A DNA stretch of 32,000 nucleotides, from positions 210,001 through 242,000 of the forward strand of contig AP031373.1 in NCBI GenBank assembly GCA_042850255.1, given 5' to 3'. Numbering within the stretch: position 1 is the first letter of the stretch; every line of letters begins with the position of its first letter. The notes below the pieces were generated by a model that made no database searches, was not told the DNA's origin, and saw nothing but the letters and a program-made list of their open reading frames with translations. Of the stretch, positions 24,404 through 32,000 are shown piece by piece. Origin of the DNA: Nanobdellota archaeon (GTDB lineage: Archaea; Nanobdellota; Nanobdellia; Nanobdellales; Nanobdellaceae). A program made the position numbers and the translations under genes.

Positions 24404-25666
24404 ATGAATAAGATTAGATTATTATATTTATATATATTATTACTTCCTCTATTAAATATTATATTTAGTCAATCAAATAACACATCTTTAGGAACTGGTA
24501 CCGTATTAAATCCTGTAAATCTATTAAATTTTAACATAGGCAATATAAGTAATAATAATTTTATAATTGGTGTATTAAAATGGTATGCCCCAATACTATA
24601 CAATTTAGCAGGATCTCCTTCAAATTTTTTATTATATTTAATCGGTATAATGGCTATTATATTTTTTACAATTCGTTTTTTTATAAGAGATTTAGATAGA
24701 GCTTCTGGATTTTTTATTTTCATCTTTTTTATCGCTATTATACATTTCATTTTTACATTTCTACCGGGACTTTTAATAATTGGGGGTATAATAGTATTAT
24801 TTTTAATAGCTCTATTTTCTAGGTTTTTAGAATGGACTCATAATCAGACAAGATTTATTAGAAGAGCTTTTAGAAAAATGAAGAATACAGAATTCAGATA
24901 TCTTTTTTCAAGATTATATCAACCAATGAATTCTTATAGATATTGGTTGTCAAATAATTATAAAAGAATAGATTTGATAGAAAAAAATATCGATAATAAT
25001 ATAATACCATTAGAAAAAAATATTCGAAAATTACCAAAAAATATAAAGGATAAAGATACAAATAGAGCATCTAGAGAATTAATAAAAATTTTAGATAATA
25101 TTAAAAGAGAACATAAAAAAATAGATAAAGAATTTAGGCAAATTATTTCAAATATCCAGAAAGGAACAAATATCCGTAATTCAAAAGATGTTATTAGATT
25201 AACAGATATGAATATTATAAATAGATCAAAAAGATTAAGAAATAAAATAAAAAAGACTACCGGAAAAATTAAAAATTATATAACAAAATTAAAGCATTTA
25301 GAAAAAAGATACCCACATATGTCTCCTTTTATAGAAAGTATAGTAGGGTCACTAGTAATAATACATAATAACCTTGGAAATATGTACAATATTTTAAATT
25401 ATACAGAATCTTTTGAAAATAATATTTTAAATCAATTTACTCAATATGCAAAATTTATAGTACAACAAGAAGAAATAGCAAGAAGGATTAATCGAAAATC
25501 TTATAATTTACAAAAACAGGCAACAAATGTATATAAAAATACAAGAAACTTAAGAATAAATAATTTTCCAAAAATAGGAAATGCGCCAGTAAGTAACTTG
25601 GGATCGCCTTTAATAAAACCACTTAATATGAATATTACAAAAGGTTCTATGTCAGGAAAGATATAA
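24404..25666 (+). CDS. membrane-anchored long-helical protein (signal peptide + 3 TM + cytoplasmic helical tail), paralog
   Basis: It has a signal peptide (LLYLYILLLPLLNIIFSQS), an external GTGTVLNP motif, three TM helices and a roughly 270-aa basic helical tail containing RELIKILDNIKREHKKIDKEF. Confidence 0.6.
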   Translation: MNKIRLLYLYILLLPLLNIIFSQSNNTSLGTGTVLNPVNLLNFNIGNISNNNFIIGVLKWYAPILYNLAGSPSNFLLYLIGIMAIIFFTIRFFIRDLDRASGFFIFIFFIAIIHFIFTFLPGLLIIGGIIVLFLIALFSRFLEWTHNQTRFIRRAFRKMKNTEFRYLFSRLYQPMNSYRYWLSNNYKRIDLIEKNIDNNIIPLEKNIRKLPKNIKDKDTNRASRELIKILDNIKREHKKIDKEFRQIISNIQKGTNIRNSKDVIRLTDMNIINRSKRLRNKIKKTTGKIKNYITKLKHLEKRYPHMSPFIESIVGSLVIIHNNLGNMYNILNYTESFENNILNQFTQYAKFIVQQEEIARRINRKSYNLQKQATNVYKNTRNLRINNFPKIGNAPVSNLGSPLIKPLNMNITKGSMSGKI

Positions 25667-25728
25667 TACCTATTATTTAGCAACTACATAAATAATATTT
25701 AAAAATTTGAACGGACATATTTTTAGCA

Positions 25729-26802
25729 ATGAGTGGTATGATAATTGCAATGTTTCAAGGATCCAGTAGTCAAGGATCTGGCAGTGTACTTAATCCAACA
25801 AGTACAATCCCGCTTAGTAATCCTAATGTTGATTTTTCTTCTATTCAAAATTCTATAAATAGTATAATAGGAAAAGGATATTTTATTTTATACAACCAAA
25901 TAGGTGTTCCTCCATTATTAAGCTTTATATTAGTAACAATTATGATAACCGTACTAATATATATGTTCGGATCGTTATTTTTTAGAAGAGTATTGAATCA
26001 AGGACAATTATTTGAAGATCATATAAGAAGACCTTTAATAATATTGTCAATTGCAATTGGTCTTTTTGGTGCATATACAATTGGATATTTAGTATATATA
26101 TTCCAATACATATTATATGTAATCGCAGGCATATTTTTTGCAATGATAATAATCCTAGGAATTAGTATGGGAATGGGAACCTATAGAGCTGGAAGAGCAA
26201 TGATGCATGCTGTTGCTACAAAGGAATATGGATATGCTAGAACTAGATATCAAGCTGAAAGTTTAATGTATGATGCAAGAAGAGATCTAGCTAGAGTTAA
26301 ATATGATGTAAAAGCTTTAGAAAGATTATTAAAGAAAAAGCATGGGAAAATAATACCAACAGGAGAATTTAGAGAATATAGGAAAATATTGAAAGATATA
26401 GAGAAACACTCTATAGAATTCTTAGATGGCGTCCAGGCTACAATTAATAGTTATATATGGACTCCACTGAGGAACCAACAACAAACTCCTCAAACTTTAC
26501 AACAGCTGGATGCTTCACTAGCAAGTATTGTAAACGCAGCCAACAATTATTTAAATGGTGTTCAACAGAGCTTTAATAATATACAAACCTTTTATAATAA
26601 TTTAATTCATCAACAGCAAAACACACCAGGTCAACAACAAGCTGTACAATTGGTTCATTTCATTCATACAGAAATATTTAAATCAAAAAACAAAATAAAC
26701 GCTAAAATAAATGATGTTAATGCACTTATACAAGATTGCATTAATCTAATTAATCACCTTGGACACCATTCAACTGCTGGAACTCTAAATCGTATAAATT
26801 AA
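25729..26802 (+). CDS. membrane-anchored long-helical protein (3 TM + Q-rich helical tail), paralog
   Basis: It has an N-terminal GSGSVLNP motif, three TM helices and a tail containing EYRKILKDIEKHSIEFLDG and Q-rich helices (QQQTPQTLQQLDASLASIVNAANNYLNGVQQSFNNIQ). Confidence 0.6.
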   Translation: MSGMIIAMFQGSSSQGSGSVLNPTSTIPLSNPNVDFSSIQNSINSIIGKGYFILYNQIGVPPLLSFILVTIMITVLIYMFGSLFFRRVLNQGQLFEDHIRRPLIILSIAIGLFGAYTIGYLVYIFQYILYVIAGIFFAMIIILGISMGMGTYRAGRAMMHAVATKEYGYARTRYQAESLMYDARRDLARVKYDVKALERLLKKKHGKIIPTGEFREYRKILKDIEKHSIEFLDGVQATINSYIWTPLRNQQQTPQTLQQLDASLASIVNAANNYLNGVQQSFNNIQTFYNNLIHQQQNTPGQQQAVQLVHFIHTEIFKSKNKINAKINDVNALIQDCINLINHLGHHSTAGTLNRIN

Positions 26803-26806
26803 AAGT

Positions 26807-27967
26807 TTATTTTTCTTCAATAAATTTTTTTATTGTTAAACTTTCTGCATAATCATCTATATCTAATGTAATTATATACCCTATTGATACTTCATGTAAT
26901 CTATGTCCAGCTCTCCCAACTCTTTGTACTAATCTAGCAACCTGTCTAGGAGAATTATATTGTATTACTGCATCTACATATCCTATATCAATTCCTAATT
27001 CTAACGAAGATGTTGCAACAATTGCCTTTAATTTTCCTTCCTTAAACAATTTTTCATTTCTTTCCCTTACTTCTCTAGACAAAGAACTATGATGAATCTC
27101 TATTGGATAATTCGGTATCCACATTTTAAATCTAGAAACAATCAATTCTGCCATTTCCCTTGTATTCACGAATATTAATACAGATTTATGTTTATCCATA
27201 ATTTCCTTCATTTTTCTTAAACTCCAAGCAATCTTTGGACTCCAATTAAATTTCCTAGCTAATTCCAAATCTTCATTTGTTATTTCTGGGTACAATACTT
27301 TTATATCATATCTCTTTTCTGCATACCAATATGCAATATCATAATTCCTATATCCGAATAAAAACTTTGCAGCTTCATCTAAATCTCCAATTGTTGCAGA
27401 TAAACCTATTCTTTGAAATTCTCCAGAATAGTTTACTAATCTTTCTAATCCTAAAGATAATTGTATTCCTCTTTTTTCATTTAATAATTCATGTACTTCA
27501 TCAACAATCACAAATCTTATAGTTTTTAATTGTTCCCTTAATCTTTTTCCTAAAAATAATATTTGAAACGTTTCTGGAGTTGTAATTAAAAATTCTACAG
27601 GTTTTTTAGATAATCTAGATCTTTCCTTTTCTTCAGTATCTCCATGTCTTATTGCAGTAGTAATATTTAAATTATCTCCCCACCATTTTATCCTATCTAA
27701 TAAATCCCTATTCAATGCTCTTAGAGGAGTAATATATAAACCCAATAATTTATTTTCTATTCCTTCTTTTTCTTTTATATCTAAAATTTTTGAAAAAACT
27801 GGTAATATGCTTGCCTCACTTTTTCCTGACCCTGTCGGCGCCACAATTAATGTATTTTTACCTTCCAATACTTTTGGTATTGCTAATTTTTGTATAGGAT
27901 TAAAATCTTTAAATCTTGAATAAAATAAATCCAATATTTCTTTCCTTAATTTTATTTTATCCTTCAT
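26807..27967 (-). CDS. lhr: Lhr-like superfamily 2 helicase, RecA-core only (386 aa)
   Basis: It has motif I APTGSGKSEA, Ia YITPLRALNRD, II DEVH, III SAT and VI QRVGRAGH. It ends shortly after motif VI. Confidence 0.8.
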   Translation of the reverse strand: MKDKIKLRKEILDLFYSRFKDFNPIQKLAIPKVLEGKNTLIVAPTGSGKSEASILPVFSKILDIKEKEGIENKLLGLYITPLRALNRDLLDRIKWWGDNLNITTAIRHGDTEEKERSRLSKKPVEFLITTPETFQILFLGKRLREQLKTIRFVIVDEVHELLNEKRGIQLSLGLERLVNYSGEFQRIGLSATIGDLDEAAKFLFGYRNYDIAYWYAEKRYDIKVLYPEITNEDLELARKFNWSPKIAWSLRKMKEIMDKHKSVLIFVNTREMAELIVSRFKMWIPNYPIEIHHSSLSREVRERNEKLFKEGKLKAIVATSSLELGIDIGYVDAVIQYNSPRQVARLVQRVGRAGHRLHEVSIGYIITLDIDDYAESLTIKKFIEEK

Positions 27968-28634
27968 TTTTTATTTCCTTTTCTTCAATTAATATGCCAT
28001 CTAATGTATATACATCATATCTTTCAATTCCCTTTGCAATTGGACCTTGAAATTCTCCAACTTCCCATAAACCTGCTAGATCAGAAAATGTAGGTAAAAA
28101 TATTATTATATCATTATCTCTATATCCAATTACAAATACTTTTTCATATATACTTTCTCCTATTGATGTTGTAATACTTTTTGCAAAATGATGATGTCCT
28201 AATACATAATATTCCCCTTTTAATTTTGTTTTTAAATGACCATGAGTAAATACTATATCCTTTATTTTCAATGCTTTTAATACCTTTACATTATTTACAT
28301 ACGGTATTAATTCTTCAATATCTCCATCATGGTTTCCCTTTACTATATATACTTTTCTAAAAATCTGAGATATTTCATTAATAAAATATGGAATATCTGA
28401 CAATTCGCTAAAAGATGTCTTTGGAATATTATGTTTTAAATCCCCATCAATTACTAAATATTTTGTATTATATTTTTCTTTTATTTTTTTTATTTTTTTA
28501 ATATAATAATCTACCTGAGATGGTATATTTATCCCATTTAATGATAATTCTTTTTCTATACCAATATGTAAATCTGAAATAGCTAAAATTTTATTATAAA
28601 AAATTAATCCTTCTGTTCCTGTAAATTTAAGCAT
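27957..28634 (-). CDS. binuclear metallophosphoesterase (COG1407-type, Lhr-associated MPE-like)
   Basis: Motifs are ISDLHIG, IDGDLKHN, VKGNHD, FTHGH and LGHHH. It overlaps the helicase gene by 11 nt. Confidence 0.8.
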   Translation of the reverse strand: MLKFTGTEGLIFYNKILAISDLHIGIEKELSLNGINIPSQVDYYIKKIKKIKEKYNTKYLVIDGDLKHNIPKTSFSELSDIPYFINEISQIFRKVYIVKGNHDGDIEELIPYVNNVKVLKALKIKDIVFTHGHLKTKLKGEYYVLGHHHFAKSITTSIGESIYEKVFVIGYRDNDIIIFLPTFSDLAGLWEVGEFQGPIAKGIERYDVYTLDGILIEEKEIKNEG

Positions 28635-28971
28635 TAATTAATATTTTCTTTACTTGATTTATATCTTTTGCATCCTTTATCTTTTCTTTTATTTCTTTTA
28701 CTTTATTAATATTATCTATTAATAATACTAAATCACCTATTGCCTGTCCTGGTATTCCTTTATTAAATCTTACCCTTACATTCCCCTTATTTCCATGTAT
28801 ATCAACTATTTTTCCTAAGAATATTTTCTTTCCTGGACTTACCCAGATTATATGTTTACCCAATAATTTTATTGCGCTTTCTTTATTTTCTATTCCTTCA
28901 AATTTTACTATAACCTGATTTGGATATATTCTATGTCTTCCCATTCTATAATTTATTATTATCCCCTTCAT
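28627..28971 (-). CDS. rpl35ae: 50S ribosomal protein L35Ae (eL33)
   Basis: MKGIIINYRMGRHRIYPNQVIVKFEGIENKESAIKLLGKHIIWVSPGKKIFLGKIVDIHGNKGNVRVRFNKGIPGQAIG matches the L35Ae pattern. It also has a roughly 25-aa K-rich C-terminal extension. Confidence 0.85.
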   Translation of the reverse strand: MKGIIINYRMGRHRIYPNQVIVKFEGIENKESAIKLLGKHIIWVSPGKKIFLGKIVDIHGNKGNVRVRFNKGIPGQAIGDLVLLIDNINKVKEIKEKIKDAKDINQVKKILINA

Positions 28972-28973
28972 CT

Positions 28974-30704
28974 TTATTTTGATATTGCATAATTTTTAAA
29001 TATTTTACCTATTACCCCAATAACATTATTATCTAAATATCTAATACCTTCTTTGCTTAAATCTTTTAGCATTTCTTCTTTATAATTTATATCATTTATT
29101 GTTCCTATTTTATTTCCATTATAATCATACATTTCAATTCCTTCTTCCTTTACAACATATATTTTACTTTTACTTATATATATATCATATCCTTTATTAT
29201 TATCCTTATCTATTATAGTATATTTATATTCCATAATAATTTCTTCTTTCTTATCTTCTATCAAATCTCTCAATAATCTAATATAATATAATAATTTCTC
29301 CTTAAATTTTTCAGTTTCTACTAAATCAAATTGTTTATTTTTATATTTACTTATATTATCTTCCAATTCTTTTATTCCATTTAATTCTACACTCATATTC
29401 TTCTCTATATAATTTATTAAATCTTCATTAAACAAATCTTTAAATTTATTTTTTAATTCTTCATAAATTAATATATAATTATCTATAATCTTCTTTTCAT
29501 TTTCTCTATCAATTATTTGTTTCAAATTCCTCATTTCAGATATAAACTTTTCCGCTTTTTCAAACACTTTCATTAAATCTTCATATTTGTATTCATTTAC
29601 TACACCATGTTCGAAATCTTTCCTCATTTTCCAAACCTCTTCCAAATCATTCACATATTTTTCATCCAATAATCCTCTTTCTACAAATAATTTCCTTAAC
29701 ATTTGAGGAGTTTCTTTAGGATCTCCAGGTAATAATCCATAATCCATAATAACAGATTGTCCAGCAGTTACCATTGCAACTGCCAAATCTTCTATAATTA
29801 AATTATTTATTGTATTCTTTAACTTTTCTTTTGCTTCCTTTATTGCATTTTCTGATGCTAACATATATTTTTCAGAAGCTTCTTGAGAAGGTTTTAAAAT
29901 TCCCTTTAATAATAATTGTTTCCAAGCAATAAACATACCTCTATCATATAAGGCAATACCATCTCTTAAGAATGTAATAATTACAGGATTTGATTCTGAT
30001 AATGCTAACCAATATTCTGTTAATGTATATACCTGAGGATGTAATACTTTTTTAGATCCAGTCAATAATCTTGCCTTTATTGCATTATCAGATATTATAC
30101 TAATTAATTGCACCTTTAATTCTTCAAACGTATGTTGTTTTACATCTGTATCATCAATTACTACATATACATCTACATCAGAAGATTCAACACTTCTTCC
30201 TTTAACTTGTGATCCTGCCAATACATATGCAACCACATATTTTTGTAATAGATCAATTATTAATTTTTTATGAACTGATGTTAATTTTATTATTTCTATA
30301 AATCCTTTATCATATAATACATCTCCCAAGGCTAATAAATCAATTAATTCAAATCTGGAATCCATTGAAATATTTTTTATATCTTCTATTAATAATACAT
30401 GTAACCATACGTCTAGTTTATTATTTCTTATTATATCTAAATATTTAGATATAAAATCTGTCTTTAATTTTACCTTTTCTTCAGGTTTTAAATCAAAATC
30501 AGATAATATAACTATTAAATGTTTATATGTTTCTATTTCTCTTTTATATTTTTCAAATACATCTTCTTCCAATATAATATTACTATAATACATTAATCCT
30601 TTTAATAATTCCAATATATTTTCCTTTTTTTCTCTAAATTCTACTATAGATAATACTCTATCCTTATATTCGCTATTTAATATATCATCCTTCAAATTTA
30701 CCAT
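28974..30704 (-). CDS. nucleotidyltransferase-HEPN fusion protein with extra N- and C-terminal regions
   Basis: The minimal NTase signature is LAGSQVKGRSVESSDVDVYVVID (G-S ... D-x-D). About 190 aa downstream is an Rx4H HEPN-type motif (MRKDFEHG) in a helical region. It is 576 aa in total. Confidence 0.6.
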   Translation of the reverse strand: MVNLKDDILNSEYKDRVLSIVEFREKKENILELLKGLMYYSNIILEEDVFEKYKREIETYKHLIVILSDFDLKPEEKVKLKTDFISKYLDIIRNNKLDVWLHVLLIEDIKNISMDSRFELIDLLALGDVLYDKGFIEIIKLTSVHKKLIIDLLQKYVVAYVLAGSQVKGRSVESSDVDVYVVIDDTDVKQHTFEELKVQLISIISDNAIKARLLTGSKKVLHPQVYTLTEYWLALSESNPVIITFLRDGIALYDRGMFIAWKQLLLKGILKPSQEASEKYMLASENAIKEAKEKLKNTINNLIIEDLAVAMVTAGQSVIMDYGLLPGDPKETPQMLRKLFVERGLLDEKYVNDLEEVWKMRKDFEHGVVNEYKYEDLMKVFEKAEKFISEMRNLKQIIDRENEKKIIDNYILIYEELKNKFKDLFNEDLINYIEKNMSVELNGIKELEDNISKYKNKQFDLVETEKFKEKLLYYIRLLRDLIEDKKEEIIMEYKYTIIDKDNNKGYDIYISKSKIYVVKEEGIEMYDYNGNKIGTINDINYKEEMLKDLSKEGIRYLDNNVIGVIGKIFKNYAISK

Positions 30705-30726
30705 TTATATAAAATACTAAAAATAT

Positions 30727-31239
30727 TTAAATTCTTTTTTTAAACCATTCTTCGTAACTTTTATAATCTATTTTCTTCTCTTCTTTTTTCTCTTCTTTCT
30801 TTTCTTGATTTAAATAACTTTGACTAAGTTTTATTAATTCATTTGTTACATAATTTTTTAATTCCTCTAAACTTTGTGGTTCTTCTTTAAATCTTTTTAA
30901 ATAAAAATTAATATTATCATCTTTATATCTTGGAATAATACTAATTACTATATGTTTTGTAGATTGCTTAGTTTCTCCTGAATATAATATAATATTTATC
31001 CCATCAAATTTTAATTTATTTTTTAACACAAATGCTATATATTTTGATATAGTAAACATTTTCTGATTTATATCATCATCTAATATTGTATAATCTTCTA
31101 TATGTAACTTTGGAAAAACTAAAAATGTTCCTTTAGATGGGGGATAAATATCAAATACTGATATAATATCATTATCTTCGTAAATAGTATAGGAAGGTAT
31201 TTCCTTATTTGCAATCTTACAATATACACAATTATCCAT
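30727..31239 (-). CDS. HIT-family protein with degenerate histidine triad
   Basis: The N-terminus is CVYCKIANKEIPSYTIYEDNDIISVFDIYPPSKGTFLVFPKLH. At the triad position it reads TKHIVISIIPR instead of H-x-H-x-H-x-x. It has a K/E-repeat C-terminal tail. Confidence 0.7.
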   Translation of the reverse strand: MDNCVYCKIANKEIPSYTIYEDNDIISVFDIYPPSKGTFLVFPKLHIEDYTILDDDINQKMFTISKYIAFVLKNKLKFDGINIILYSGETKQSTKHIVISIIPRYKDDNINFYLKRFKEEPQSLEELKNYVTNELIKLSQSYLNQEKKEEKKEEKKIDYKSYEEWFKKRI

Positions 31240-31273
31240 AAAAATATAAATCCTTACTAACTATTAAATTTTT

Positions 31274-32000
31274 ATGACAAACTATCTAATAATTATAATA
31301 ACAACATTATTTCCATTATTAATATATGCATTCTTAATATATCTCTCAGAAAATATAATATTAAAATATATTTCCAAATATTCAAAATATTATTCTTCCT
31401 GGCCTGAACATTATTTATTGATATATACTGCAGGAATGGCTTCCGCATTGCAATCATTTTTACCAGCGTTAGCAGTAGTCCATCAACATCCAAGATTAGC
31501 ATATTATTTTCAATTATATAATGTAGTTCTAGATTATACAATAACATTAGGAACATTTATACTAGGTTTCAATTTTGATAAAGGTATAATTGACAGCAAT
31601 GTATTAGCTCTTATAACAATTGCATTAATATCTCAAATTTTTGCTTTAGTATTTAGACAGATAAATTTTTTAGGAGGAGCAATATTATATATAACTTTTC
31701 TTATTATATCCTTTTATCTATTTTATAGATATAGAAAAAGAAATGAAAAATATTTACCAGAAAAAAGTAGTGCTTATGAATATTTTAAAGCATCTGTATT
31801 TGCTTTAGAAGTTGCATTAGCAATTTCAATAATATATATAGGAGGGAATATATTAAATAATGTTGCAAATACATTACAATCCTTAGGATTATCTATCCCA
31901 CTAATAGGTTATGCAATTTCATTAATTTTATTTACCTTGCCAGATATTATGTATGGTCATATTTCTTGGTTTAAGAAGAAGAATCTTAATATAAGTATAG
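31274..32000 (+). CDS. polytopic integral membrane protein (partial; continues past window end)
   Basis: My own translation from ATG 31274 gives MTNYLIIIITTLFPLLIYAFLIYL...GMASALQSFLPALAVVHQHP...ALITIALISQIFALVF...AILYITFLIISFYLFYRYRKRNEK...LSIPLIGYAISLILFTLPDIMYGH. The frame is open to position 32000 and has at least 6 hydrophobic helices. It is absent from the ORF track because it has no stop. Confidence 0.55.
   Translation, partial: MTNYLIIIITTLFPLLIYAFLIYLSENIILKYISKYSKYYSSWPEHYLLIYTAGMASALQSFLPALAVVHQHPRLAYYFQLYNVVLDYTITLGTFILGFNFDKGIIDSNVLALITIALISQIFALVFRQINFLGGAILYITFLIISFYLFYRYRKRNEKYLPEKSSAYEYFKASVFALEVALAISIIYIGGNILNNVANTLQSLGLSIPLIGYAISLILFTLPDIMYGHISWFKKKNLNISI

Noticed and set aside
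31293-31556. 87-aa minus-strand ORF from the track
   Set aside because: It lies antisense to a long + strand frame (31274 to window end) encoding a plausible polytopic membrane protein. It has the L/I/M/N-rich composition typical of AT-rich antisense frames.
1-32000. Mobile elements, prophage or genomic island boundaries
   Set aside because: I recognised no integrase, transposase, terminal inverted repeats or tRNA-flanked direct repeats. Composition looks uniform except for the sRNA locus and the amino-acid bias of the surface proteins.

Overview
Very AT-rich (about 25% GC by eye), extremely gene-dense archaeal chromosome segment. Archaeal markers are EF-2 with a diphthamide-site His, exosome Rrp4/Rrp41, L35Ae, a FlaI/FlaJ-type pilus ATPase and platform, Dph6, a THEP1 NTPase and a C/D box sRNA. 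TAA, TAG and TGA all act as stops, so the code is standard. Many genes overlap by 1-17 nt, and long same-strand runs (17457-26802 on +, 31239-26807 on -) look like large operons. The small proteins, the genes that appear truncated or split (Lhr core only, NFACT C-terminal half only) and the K-poor, N/S/T/Y-rich surface proteins suggest a reduced-genome DPANN/Nanoarchaeota-like organism; that is inference only. I saw no rRNA, tRNA, CRISPR array, transposase or integrase. The only GC-enriched non-coding stretch (13714-13820) holds a K-loop hairpin followed by ACA, directly abutting a canonical C/D box sRNA whose first guide matches the 23S P-loop as I recall it. The most interesting candidates are: (1) a four-CBS protein with a C-terminal domain resembling bacterial HPF/RaiA hibernation factors, sitting 2 nt upstream of the exosome genes; (2) a paralogous triad of long-helical proteins, one soluble and two membrane-anchored, where Rrp42 would be expected; (3) three tandem ferredoxins followed by three tandem paralogous 4-TM proteins; (4) the composite sRNA locus; (5) a PIN toxin with two tandem antitoxin paralogs and a double-palindrome operator; (6) a 59-aa CDGSH iron-sulfur protein missing from the ORF track. 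All functional calls rest on motif recognition by eye, with no database search.
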